Made by a program: the position numbers and the translations under genes. This document shows, piece by piece, positions 1-7,369 of a stretch of DNA of 14,733 bases. The number at the start of each line of letters is the position of its first letter. The stretch's first letter is position 1. The notes beneath the pieces were generated by a model. It was not told where the DNA came from. It did no database searches and saw nothing but the letters and a program-made list of their open reading frames with translations. Origin of the DNA: a virus (lineage: Duplodnaviria > Heunggongvirae > Uroviricota > Caudoviricetes); the IMG/VR virus record IMGVR_UViG_2778261529_000003, one strand, 5' to 3'.

Positions 1-1254
1 ATGCTGGAACAAATGGGCATTGCCGCGAAGCAAGCCTCGTATAAATTAGCGCAACTCTCCAGCCGCGAAAAAAATCGCGTGCTGGAAAAAATCGCCGATG
101 AACTGGAAGCACAAAGCGAAATCATCCTCAACGCTAACGCCCAGGATGTTGCTGACGCGCGTGCCAATGGCCTTGGCGAAGCGATGCTTGACCGTCTGGC
201 ACTGACGCCCGCACGGCTGAAAGGCATTGCCGATGATGTGCGCCAGGTGTGTAACCTCGCCGATCCGGTGGGGCAGGTAATCGATGGCAGCGTACTGGAC
301 AGCGGCCTGCGTCTTGAGCGTCGTCGCGTACCGCTGGGGGTTATTGGCGTGATTTATGAAGCGCGCCCGAACGTGACGGTTGATGTCGCTTCGCTGTGCC
401 TGAAAACCGGTAATGCGGTGATCCTGCGCGGTGGCAAAGAAACGTGTCGCACTAACGCTGCAACGGTGGCGGTGATTCAGGACGCCCTGAAATCCTGCGG
501 CTTACCGGCGGGTGCCGTGCAGGCGATTGATAATCCTGACCGTGCGCTGGTCAGTGAAATGCTGCGTATGGATAAATACATCGACATGCTGATCCCGCGT
601 GGTGGCGCTGGTTTGCATAAACTGTGCCGTGAACAGTCGACAATCCCGGTGATCACAGGTGGTATAGGCGTATGCCATATTTACGTTGATGAAAGTGTAG
701 AGATCGCTGAAGCATTAAAAGTGATCGTCAACGCGAAAACTCAGCGTCCGAGCACATGTAATACGGTTGAAACGTTGCTGGTGAATAAAAACATCGCCGA
801 TAGCTTCCTGCCCGCATTAAGCAAACAAATGGCGGAAAGCGGCGTGACATTACACGCAGATGCAGCTGCACTGGCGCAGTTGCAGGCAGGCCCTGCGAAG
901 GTGGTTGCTGTTAAAGCCGAAGAGTATGACGATGAGTTTCTGTCATTAGATTTGAACGTCAAAATCGTCAGCGATCTTGACGATGCCATCGCCCATATTC
1001 GTGAACACGGCACACAACACTCCGATGCGATCCTGACCCGCGATATGCGCAACGCCCAGCGTTTTGTTAACGAAGTGGATTCGTCCGCTGTTTACGTTAA
1101 CGCCTCTACGCGTTTTACCGACGGCGGCCAGTTTGGTCTGGGTGCGGAAGTGGCGGTAAGCACACAAAAACTCCACGCGCGTGGCCCAATGGGGCTGGAA
1201 GCACTGACCACTTACAAGTGGATCGGCATTGGTGATTACACCATTCGTGCGTAA
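1..1254 (+). CDS. proA: gamma-glutamyl phosphate reductase (glutamate-5-semialdehyde dehydrogenase)
   Basis: 417-aa ORF, ATG at 1, TAA at 1252-1254. Translation is recognisable as enterobacterial ProA with host-like composition. The minus-strand ORFs inside it are antisense artefacts. Confidence 0.95.
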   Translation: MLEQMGIAAKQASYKLAQLSSREKNRVLEKIADELEAQSEIILNANAQDVADARANGLGEAMLDRLALTPARLKGIADDVRQVCNLADPVGQVIDGSVLDSGLRLERRRVPLGVIGVIYEARPNVTVDVASLCLKTGNAVILRGGKETCRTNAATVAVIQDALKSCGLPAGAVQAIDNPDRALVSEMLRMDKYIDMLIPRGGAGLHKLCREQSTIPVITGGIGVCHIYVDESVEIAEALKVIVNAKTQRPSTCNTVETLLVNKNIADSFLPALSKQMAESGVTLHADAAALAQLQAGPAKVVAVKAEEYDDEFLSLDLNVKIVSDLDDAIAHIREHGTQHSDAILTRDMRNAQRFVNEVDSSAVYVNASTRFTDGGQFGLGAEVAVSTQKLHARGPMGLEALTTYKWIGIGDYTIRA

Positions 1255-1368
1255 ATAAAACCGGGTGATGCAAAAGTAGCCATTTGATTCACAAGGCCAT
1301 TGACGCATCGCCCGGTTAGTTTTAACCTTGTCCACCGTGATTCACGTTCGTGAACATGTCCTTTCAGG

Positions 1369-1444
1369 GCCGATATAGCTCAGTTGGTAGAGCAGCGCAT
1401 TCGTAATGCGAAGGTCGTAGGTTCGACTCCTATTATCGGCACCA
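1369..1444 (+). tRNA. thrW: tRNA-Thr (anticodon CGU), 76 nt including CCA
   Basis: GCCGATA acceptor stem paired with TATCGGC, D-arm GCTCAGTTGGTAGAGC, anticodon loop TTCGTAA (anticodon CGT), T-arm GGTTCGACTCC, 3' CCA at 1442-1444. It lies directly downstream of proA as in E. coli. Confidence 0.93.
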
Positions 1445-1557
1445 TTCTAATGTCTCCCCAAGTCTACTCAAGTATTTAAAAACCTCTTATAATCCGCATG
1501 TTAGCGCCCCTTTTAGTCTTTTGACGTCTACTTAAGTACTCCAAAATCTACAGTCAA

Positions 1558-1610
1558 TTGGGGGTACTTTTGGGGGTATTTGCTGTTCGGTTTAGTGGAG
1601 GTACCCCCAA
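1558..1610 (+). promoter_or_regulatory. inverted repeat in the int leader (TTGGGGGTAC at 1558-1567 and GTACCCCCAA at 1601-1610) with a direct copy TTGGGGGTA at 1570-1578
   Basis: Perfect 10-bp inverted repeat read directly. The 3' arm abuts the GTG start at 1611 and the GGAGG Shine-Dalgarno (1596-1600) lies in the loop. Confidence 0.45.
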
Positions 1611-2825
1611 GTGAAACTCAATGCCCGTCAAATAGACACTGCCAAGCCAAAAGAGAAGGCTTACAAGCTGGCTGATGGTGGTGGTCTGTATCTCTTGGTA
1701 AAACCTAGTGGAGGAAAATATTGGCGCTTCAAGTATCGTGTAGCTGGTAAAGAGAAGCTGTTAGCACTAGGTGTGTATCCTGAAGTTACCTTGGCTGATG
1801 CTCGTGCAAAACGTGAAGAAGCTAAAAGGGGTATCGCTGGGGGTATCGATCCGATGGAAGCGAAACGAGAGGAAAAGATTGCCCGGGAAACGCAGTTAAA
1901 CAACACCTTCAAAGATATTGCCCTTGAGTGGCACAGCAGCAAATTAAAAAAATGGTCTGCTGGTTATGCTTCAGACATCCTCGAAGCCTTTAACAAAGAT
2001 GTGTTCCCTTACATTGGCAAAAAACCAATCGCCGAAATCAAACCACTTGAACTGCTGAATGTGCTGCGGCGCATCGAGGGGCGCGGTGCTACCGAAAAAG
2101 CCAAAAAAGTGAGGCAGCGATGTGGGGAAGTTTTCCGCTATGCAATTGTCACTGGACGTGCTGAGTATAACCCTGCACCGGATCTCACCAGCGCGATGCA
2201 AGGTCATGAATCTAATCATTATCCTTTCCTCACAGCCAAAGAATTACCTGATTTTTTCAAGGCATTGTCCAGTTACTCAGGAAGTGCATTGGTTGTTATG
2301 GCGGCTCGTTTACTGATTATCACCGGTTTGCGGACTGGCGAACTGCGCGGTGCATTATGGGATGAAATCGATCTCAACAAGGCTATCTGGGAGATACCTG
2401 CTTCACGGATGAAAATGCGTCGCCCTCATGTAGTGCCTTTGTCTGAGCAGGCTCTTTCGCTTATTGGGCAGATTAAAGAACTAACTGGCAATTATCCGCT
2501 TATGTTTCCCGGCCGTAATGATCCAAGGAAAACAATGAGCGAGGCTAGCATAAACCAAGTATTTAAACGCATCGGCTATAACGGAAAGGTTACTGGTCAT
2601 GGCTTCCGGCACACTATGAGCACCATTTTGCATGAGCAGGGCTATAACACCGCGTGGATAGAGACACAGCTTGCGCACGTCGATAAAAACTCAATTCGTG
2701 GCACATACAACCATGCGCAATATCTGGATGGGCGGCGGGAAATGCTTCAGTGGTACGCTGATTATATGGATTCGCTCGAGCATGGCGGAAATGTGGTGCA
2801 TGGTGAGTTCGGAAAATGCGGGTGA
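1611..2825 (+). CDS. int: tyrosine site-specific integrase, P4-type (tRNA-targeting)
   Basis: 404-aa ORF with GTG start and GGAGG 10 nt upstream. N-terminus (LNARQIDTAKPKEKAYKLADGGGLYLLVKPSGGKYWRFKYR) is typical of P4-family integrases. C-terminal catalytic region has R..HGFRHT and a tyrosine near the end. Position is adjacent to the tRNA. Confidence 0.9.
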   Translation: MKLNARQIDTAKPKEKAYKLADGGGLYLLVKPSGGKYWRFKYRVAGKEKLLALGVYPEVTLADARAKREEAKRGIAGGIDPMEAKREEKIARETQLNNTFKDIALEWHSSKLKKWSAGYASDILEAFNKDVFPYIGKKPIAEIKPLELLNVLRRIEGRGATEKAKKVRQRCGEVFRYAIVTGRAEYNPAPDLTSAMQGHESNHYPFLTAKELPDFFKALSSYSGSALVVMAARLLIITGLRTGELRGALWDEIDLNKAIWEIPASRMKMRRPHVVPLSEQALSLIGQIKELTGNYPLMFPGRNDPRKTMSEASINQVFKRIGYNGKVTGHGFRHTMSTILHEQGYNTAWIETQLAHVDKNSIRGTYNHAQYLDGRREMLQWYADYMDSLEHGGNVVHGEFGKCG

Positions 2826-2953
2826 CTGGTTGAGTATACAGTAGTAGACTTTGAGCGACGAAAGAAAAGGCTGTGTCTAGGGTCGCTCCCGAAAATCCGT
2901 ACACCTCGACGGACTGGTACAGCCACTACAGTAGAGGACGCTGAGGTGTGCGT

Positions 2954-3751
2954 ATGATTGATATTCATGCCGAATTAAACGAATACAAAAAAGATTTTAT
3001 TTCTTTACGTGAATTTCTTGAGGTCGTGCTTAAGGTCGCTGGTGATGATTATGATGTTTCAGATGTCATAACTTGGATACTCAGGAGAATAAGCGGAGAA
3101 CATATCCGCCTGTACACAGTAAATGAATTTAAGCTGTTGGAATCTTTTTGTAACCCGTATCGGGATGAATTTGATAATGATGTTCTTTATAGAAATCTGA
3201 ATGCGGTTCGGAAACGTGGTTGTTTACCTGGTGAGAGGGATGAAAATGGTTTTCTGGTGTCCGGTTATTGGGAAGATCCCGAATTTGAGAACATTGGATT
3301 TATAAGGGGTGAAATTTTCGCAATTTTTCCCGATGTCCTTGACGCGTTAACGAAGCTGGAAGGCGCTAACTCTTCTGAAAATGACGAGGCACAAGGACGC
3401 GATATTGAAAAGAAAGAGTTGCGTACAGAGGATGATTTATTATCCCAAATCGCAATGCTGGAAAAAGAAAACGCAGAGTTAAGGGCAAGGATAGAGCAGT
3501 TAGAGCAAGAGCGCCCGATACACTTATATAAATACTGGGATAAAGACCCATTAGCTAAGGCTATTGAGATTAGAAACAGAGAGTGGGCCAATTACGATCC
3601 AGAAAATGATTTTGCCACCAGGGGAAATCAAGAAGCGATAACCAGGGAGCTTAAGCAGTGGGGGGCAAGTAATGCACTTGCAACGCTCATAGAGAGGACT
3701 GCCTGCCCTATTAACCGAGACAACAGCCAAAAGAACGCAAAGCCGGATTAA
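2954..3751 (+). CDS. hypothetical protein, AT-rich orphan with C-terminal coiled-coil
   Basis: 265-aa ORF (ATG 2954, GAGG 7 nt upstream, TAA 3749-3751). GC is markedly lower than its neighbours. Predicted coiled-coil segment LLSQIAMLEKENAELRARIEQLEQE. No family recognised by eye. Confidence 0.6.
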   Translation: MIDIHAELNEYKKDFISLREFLEVVLKVAGDDYDVSDVITWILRRISGEHIRLYTVNEFKLLESFCNPYRDEFDNDVLYRNLNAVRKRGCLPGERDENGFLVSGYWEDPEFENIGFIRGEIFAIFPDVLDALTKLEGANSSENDEAQGRDIEKKELRTEDDLLSQIAMLEKENAELRARIEQLEQERPIHLYKYWDKDPLAKAIEIRNREWANYDPENDFATRGNQEAITRELKQWGASNALATLIERTACPINRDNSQKNAKPD

Positions 3752-3766
3752 CGCACCATACCGCAT

Positions 3767-3910
3767 ACCCTGAGGGTGATTTACTGTTACCCTGAGGGTA
3801 TTTTTTTATCTTCCCCGTCAATTTTACCATCACCCTTAGGGTAGATTTCCTCCCGATTACCATCACCCTTAGGGTAGATTTCCTTCCGGTAACCATTAGG
3901 CCTGAGGGTA
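3767..3910. repeat. array of five CC(C)TNAGGG palindromic sites including a 26-bp direct repeat (3825-3850 and 3858-3883)
   Basis: ACCCTGAGGGT at 3767-3777 and 3789-3799; TACCATCACCCTTAGGGTAGATTTCC twice, 33 bp apart; CCTGAGGG at 3901-3908. Lies in the intergenic region upstream of alpA. Confidence 0.7.
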
Positions 3911-3978
3911 TGAAAATATTCGTTATTTCTGTGCCATGATTACCTCGTCAAATTGAGTAGACGTTATGAGGTAAATAT

Positions 3979-4176
3979 ATGTCAAATACGCTTATTCGTT
4001 TAACAGAAGTTCAGCGTAGAACTGGATATAGCAAGGCATGGATTTATCGCCTTATGGGGCAAGGTAAATTTCCTGCATCAGTTAAAATTGGCTCGCGAGC
4101 TATTGCTTTCGTTGAGAGTGAAATTGACGAGTGGATTAATCAGCGTATTGCGGAATCACGCGGAACAGCTACCTGA
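3979..4176 (+). CDS. alpA: AlpA/Vis-family phage transcriptional regulator (excisionase-like HTH)
   Basis: 65-aa ORF, ATG 3979 with GAGG 7 nt upstream. Sequence RTGYSKAWIYRLMGQGKFPASVKIGSRAIAFVESEIDEWINQR matches the AlpA/prophage CP4-57 regulatory-protein pattern. Confidence 0.85.
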   Translation: MSNTLIRLTEVQRRTGYSKAWIYRLMGQGKFPASVKIGSRAIAFVESEIDEWINQRIAESRGTAT

Positions 4177-4253
4177 TTAAATGGCTACGGGGCTATTGCC
4201 CCCAGCTATCCACCAGCAAATAAAAGTAACTTAATTCGATAGCAGGAGTTTTT

Positions 4254-5054
4254 ATGAAATTTCCAAAAACGCCCGTACAGGGGCGGGGCTTCGTTCGGCC
4301 TGAAAACCAGAATCTGCAAAATTTCGGCGAAATTATCCCGGTTATTTCCGGCATTATTGGCGGGTGTGAAACCAATATTGTTAGCGCCAGAGCGTTGCAT
4401 AAGGCGTTAGGTGTAGGTCGCGTTTTCCGTTCGTGGATCAAGGGGCGCATTGAAGAATACGGCTTCACGGAAGGCGTGGATTATGAGGTTGTTGAATATT
4501 TGAGCCGACCCGATCCGGTGAGCGCAAAATCTCGCCAGCAAACAGCTCTTGAGTACATCATTACCGTGAACATGGCAAAAGAACTGGCGATGGTCGAACG
4601 CACCGAACAGGGCCGCGCCGTTCGCCAGTACTTCATCAAATGCGAGGAGGAGCTACACAAGGTAGCGCCAGTGCGTTCCGCAGCTTTACGCCGGGAACTG
4701 AAAGCCCGTATCACCGTTGCCAGCTACTTTAAGCCAATGTGTGCCGCGCTGGAGGCGTACCGGGCTGAACTGGGTAAAAACACGCTCCAGCACCATTACA
4801 CCACGGAAGCCAATATGCTGGCGCGTATCGTGCTGGGTGGCATGACTGCAAAACAGTGGGCGCAGGCGAACGGCATCACAGGCGAACCACGCGACCACAT
4901 GAGCACATTGCAGCTTGAGCACCTTTCTTACCTTGAGCAGAGCAATATCACGCTGATTGAGTTAGGCCAGGACTACCACCAGCGGAAAGCTGAATTAATT
5001 CGTCTTTCGCAGCGTTGGTTAGCCCGTCGCATGGAGGAAAACAGCCATGTGTAA
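4254..5054 (+). CDS. phage antirepressor-like protein (AntA-type N-terminal domain)
   Basis: 266-aa ORF, ATG 4254 with AGGAG upstream. N-terminal ISARALHKALGVGRVFRSWIKGRIEEYGFTEGVDYEV resembles the AntA/AntB antirepressor domain. Confidence 0.7.
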   Translation: MKFPKTPVQGRGFVRPENQNLQNFGEIIPVISGIIGGCETNIVSARALHKALGVGRVFRSWIKGRIEEYGFTEGVDYEVVEYLSRPDPVSAKSRQQTALEYIITVNMAKELAMVERTEQGRAVRQYFIKCEEELHKVAPVRSAALRRELKARITVASYFKPMCAALEAYRAELGKNTLQHHYTTEANMLARIVLGGMTAKQWAQANGITGEPRDHMSTLQLEHLSYLEQSNITLIELGQDYHQRKAELIRLSQRWLARRMEENSHV

Positions 5055-5720
5055 CGCTCTGACCGTTACAAAAAGAGAAAGCGCCCCGTTGCCGGAGCGC
5101 CTTTGTGAACAAATCGCTTACTGCGCCATATTGTTTACTGCCTTTCGGGCAGATTATAGCGTTGTGGTCGCACAGAGTGAAGGCGCTGATCACTGTTACT
5201 ACAGTACGCCAGAAATGCAGAATATTTTGCTGCAAAATGCCGTTAGCCACGCTGTCCGGAAAGCAAAAAATTTTGCTGGTGGCGCGACTGATGCGATTTT
5301 GTCAGGTCACCAGGTGCTGATCAATCTGATGTCTGATTTCGTTCTGGATAAAACAAAGGCGACTGCAGAGGGCCACCAGTGGGAAAGCTACACACTTGAA
5401 CACATTGCCAACAATGCCAGATTTGCGGCTGGTGGGCAATGTGATCAGTGTGCTGGCTTGCTGGTGGGCTATTCATGCTCTTTAACATTGCCATGCCGCG
5501 ATGTTTTCCAGGTATGCGATCCCATTTTTGTGCGCCTGTACTCTTTAAGGAATTGCTCAAGGGCAAAAGCACATGGCGCGAATCTTTCTGATTCATGCTC
5601 TATCTTTCTGCGCCGTCTTTTCCGTGCCGGTGATGGTGTATTGGTTGATTCTTTGTTGGTCATTCTGTGTACCTGTAAAGCAATGCGCCGGAGTTCCTCA
5701 CACCACGGCGATGATAGTTA

Positions 5721-5900
5721 TTATTCTGATTCTTTGGCCTTGCGGCGCTGGCGGCGTTTGATCTCGCCTTTTGCGGCAGTAACTAAAAAACCAGCGGTAC
5801 TTTCGCCAGGTTCTTTAAGTTGCTCAATATCATCCATTACTTCATGTGGGATTCTGACAGTTGTCATTTGTGATTTTGCGTTTTTTGCACCAGTTGCCAT
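5721..5900 (-). CDS. small ribbon-helix-helix (Arc/MetJ/CopG-like) DNA-binding protein, candidate island repressor
   Basis: 59-aa ORF from the internal ATG of the 5721..6077 minus ORF, with AGGAG 9 nt upstream. MATGAKNAKSQMTTVRIPHEVMDDIEQLKEPGESTAGFLVTAAKGEIKRRQRRKAKESE has a beta-strand then two helices, the RHH pattern. Transcribed divergently from the replication operon. Confidence 0.6.
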   Translation of the reverse strand: MATGAKNAKSQMTTVRIPHEVMDDIEQLKEPGESTAGFLVTAAKGEIKRRQRRKAKESE

Positions 5901-5966
5901 TTCTGGATCTCCTAAAAATTGGTGTATGTCAGTATACGCAAAAAAAATGATAAAAAAAGGCTTGAA

Positions 5967-6012
5967 GTGTATTTCACCAGTGAGTAAATTAAAAAGCAAA
6001 GGTGAAATACAC
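5967..6012. promoter_or_regulatory. perfect 12-bp inverted repeat GTGTATTTCACC (21-bp spacer) GGTGAAATACAC, candidate operator in the divergent intergenic region
   Basis: Read directly. Located between the RHH gene start (5900) and the first rightward small ORF (6094), flanked by A-tracts. Confidence 0.5.
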
Positions 6013-6093
6013 CTAAAAGAGCAACGCCCCGCAGTGCTCGCAACACATGCAGGGCGTCTAACCACCAACGATAGCAAGAGTATCGAGGTAGCT

Positions 6094-6297
6094 ATGGGAA
6101 ATCATACCACACACCCGCAAGGGCGGGACTCGCACAACCTGAATAAATACATCTGGCGTTTTATCGCCCTGAGCACGGCACAACCGCGCGTAATTCACAT
6201 CGAGGCCATCAGCGAACAGGAAGCACGCCAGCAATCTCCTGATGGCTGTGTGATGGTATTCGCCGCCCGTATTCGTCAGGGGGTAAGCCATGCATAA
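6094..6297 (+). CDS. hypothetical small protein (67 aa)
   Basis: ATG 6094 with GAGG upstream. Ends in SHA-stop with the 8-nt overlap junction CATGCATAA onto the next gene. This is the terminal segment of the long 5047..6297 frame, so the start is uncertain. Confidence 0.35.
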   Translation: MGNHTTHPQGRDSHNLNKYIWRFIALSTAQPRVIHIEAISEQEARQQSPDGCVMVFAARIRQGVSHA

Positions 6298-6655
6298 CCT
6301 GTCAATTTCTGACCTTAACAGCATTCAGTTTGACGAGAAATTTACCGGGCAGTTGCTGGTCAATGTGGAGAACGGGCGCATAGTGCGTAATTACCACCTG
6401 CCGGATGGTGCAATTGCCGGAAGCGTTGAAGCATTGCTGGAACTGGCGGAACGTGCGCGACTGATTAAGCCGTCAACGAGCCATCACGATGATGATCTGC
6501 ATTTTACCGGGCGTATGGTGAGTCACTACGAAAACGGCGTTGAAGTATCCCGCGAACGGCTGCGTGATGATTGCTGTTTCGGCACACTGCCGGAATTTAT
6601 CGAGTTGCTGACCAGTTGCGGTTATCAGGTCATTCAGGGGGGTGAACATGCGTGA
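6290..6655 (+). CDS. hypothetical protein (121 aa), paralogous N-terminus to 6874..7074
   Basis: ATG 6290. N-terminus MHN...FTGQLLV resembles MHN...FTGRVLV of the 6874 gene. Ends EHA-stop overlapping the next ATG (CATGCGTGA). Confidence 0.6.
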   Translation: MHNLSISDLNSIQFDEKFTGQLLVNVENGRIVRNYHLPDGAIAGSVEALLELAERARLIKPSTSHHDDDLHFTGRMVSHYENGVEVSRERLRDDCCFGTLPEFIELLTSCGYQVIQGGEHA

Positions 6656-6881
6656 TGATCGTTTTAATTCCCTGAAACGGGAGTTTGATGGCGCACCGGA
6701 AGATACATCGGGCGCATTGTTGAGCGTTGCTGACATGATGAAAGCTGCATGTTTTCTTATCAATACCAATGGCTACAAGTCAGAGGGTGAAATGATTCTT
6801 AGTATTGCGTCGGACTATGCGGAATATGTGGCAGAGACGCGTTACAGAAGAAAATTCACGGAGGATGTAAGTCATGCATAA
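6648..6881 (+). CDS. hypothetical small protein (77 aa)
   Basis: ATG 6648 (the track's GTG 6642 is less likely). Ends SHA-stop with junction CATGCATAA identical to that at 6289-6297. Confidence 0.5.
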   Translation: MRDDRFNSLKREFDGAPEDTSGALLSVADMMKAACFLINTNGYKSEGEMILSIASDYAEYVAETRYRRKFTEDVSHA

Positions 6882-7074
6882 TCATGAAGCGCATGTACCC
6901 GTAGCGCTTAATGTGCCAGATGATTTCACCGGACGCGTACTGGTTTACCTGGATAAAGGGAAAGTGAAATCACAATGCCGACTGAAAAGTAATGAGATTG
7001 TTGGTTCTCCTGAATTTTTTTCTGAACTCTGTATTCGTGCGGAAATAAAACCGGAACTGCTGACAGGAATATAA
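6874..7074 (+). CDS. hypothetical small protein (66 aa), paralog of the 6290..6655 N-terminal region
   Basis: ATG 6874 with GGAGG 8 nt upstream. Shared MHN / FTG-R/Q-LV / IKP motifs with the 6290 product. Confidence 0.55.
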   Translation: MHNHEAHVPVALNVPDDFTGRVLVYLDKGKVKSQCRLKSNEIVGSPEFFSELCIRAEIKPELLTGI

Positions 7075-7078
7075 AACC

Positions 7079-7369
7079 ATGAAAAAGAAAAATTCTGGCT
7101 TTACTGCCAGCGGTCTCTCTCGGCCTGAAATCAGACACGGAGATATTTACCGCGACACCAGACGTGGGGGACGAGTGGTTATTCGTCACGTTACGCCAGG
7201 CAATATCACCTACCGCCGTGAGGCTTACGAATATGACTGTGTAATGCCGCGCCGTCAGTTTGAGCGTGATTTTATTCTGGTTGAAAACAAACAACAGGCG
7301 GTGGCGAGACGTGCAGCCACGAATATTAAAAAAATCCGGGCAATGTTGGTTGCGGGAGGTAAGAAGTGA
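7079..7369 (+). CDS. hypothetical basic protein (96 aa)
   Basis: ATG 7079. Stop TGA overlaps the GTG start of the downstream replication gene (GTGA), indicating the same operon. Confidence 0.5.
   Translation: MKKKNSGFTASGLSRPEIRHGDIYRDTRRGGRVVIRHVTPGNITYRREAYEYDCVMPRRQFERDFILVENKQQAVARRAATNIKKIRAMLVAGGKK

Noticed and set aside
741-1335. Minus-strand ORFs 741..1052 and 946..1335 inside and overlapping proA
   Set aside because: They are antisense to a clearly recognisable ProA reading frame and have implausible composition. They are read-through artefacts.
1300-1368. thrW promoter and the TTCACG..CGTGAA inverted repeat upstream of the tRNA
   Set aside because: This is probably the native tRNA promoter and regulatory region, but the -35/-10 hexamers cannot be assigned confidently by eye, so it is not called as a feature.
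4193-4468. Minus-strand ORFs 4193..4468 and 4206..4400 across the alpA to antirepressor junction
   Set aside because: They overlap the start of the better-supported plus-strand antirepressor-like gene and its Shine-Dalgarno, and the composition is unconvincing.
5047-6297. The 416-aa plus-strand ORF as a single real protein
   Set aside because: It runs antisense through a well-supported RHH gene with a strong Shine-Dalgarno, and through A-tracts and a perfect inverted repeat. Its composition is Cys/His-rich. Only its last 67 codons are kept, as a low-confidence ORF.
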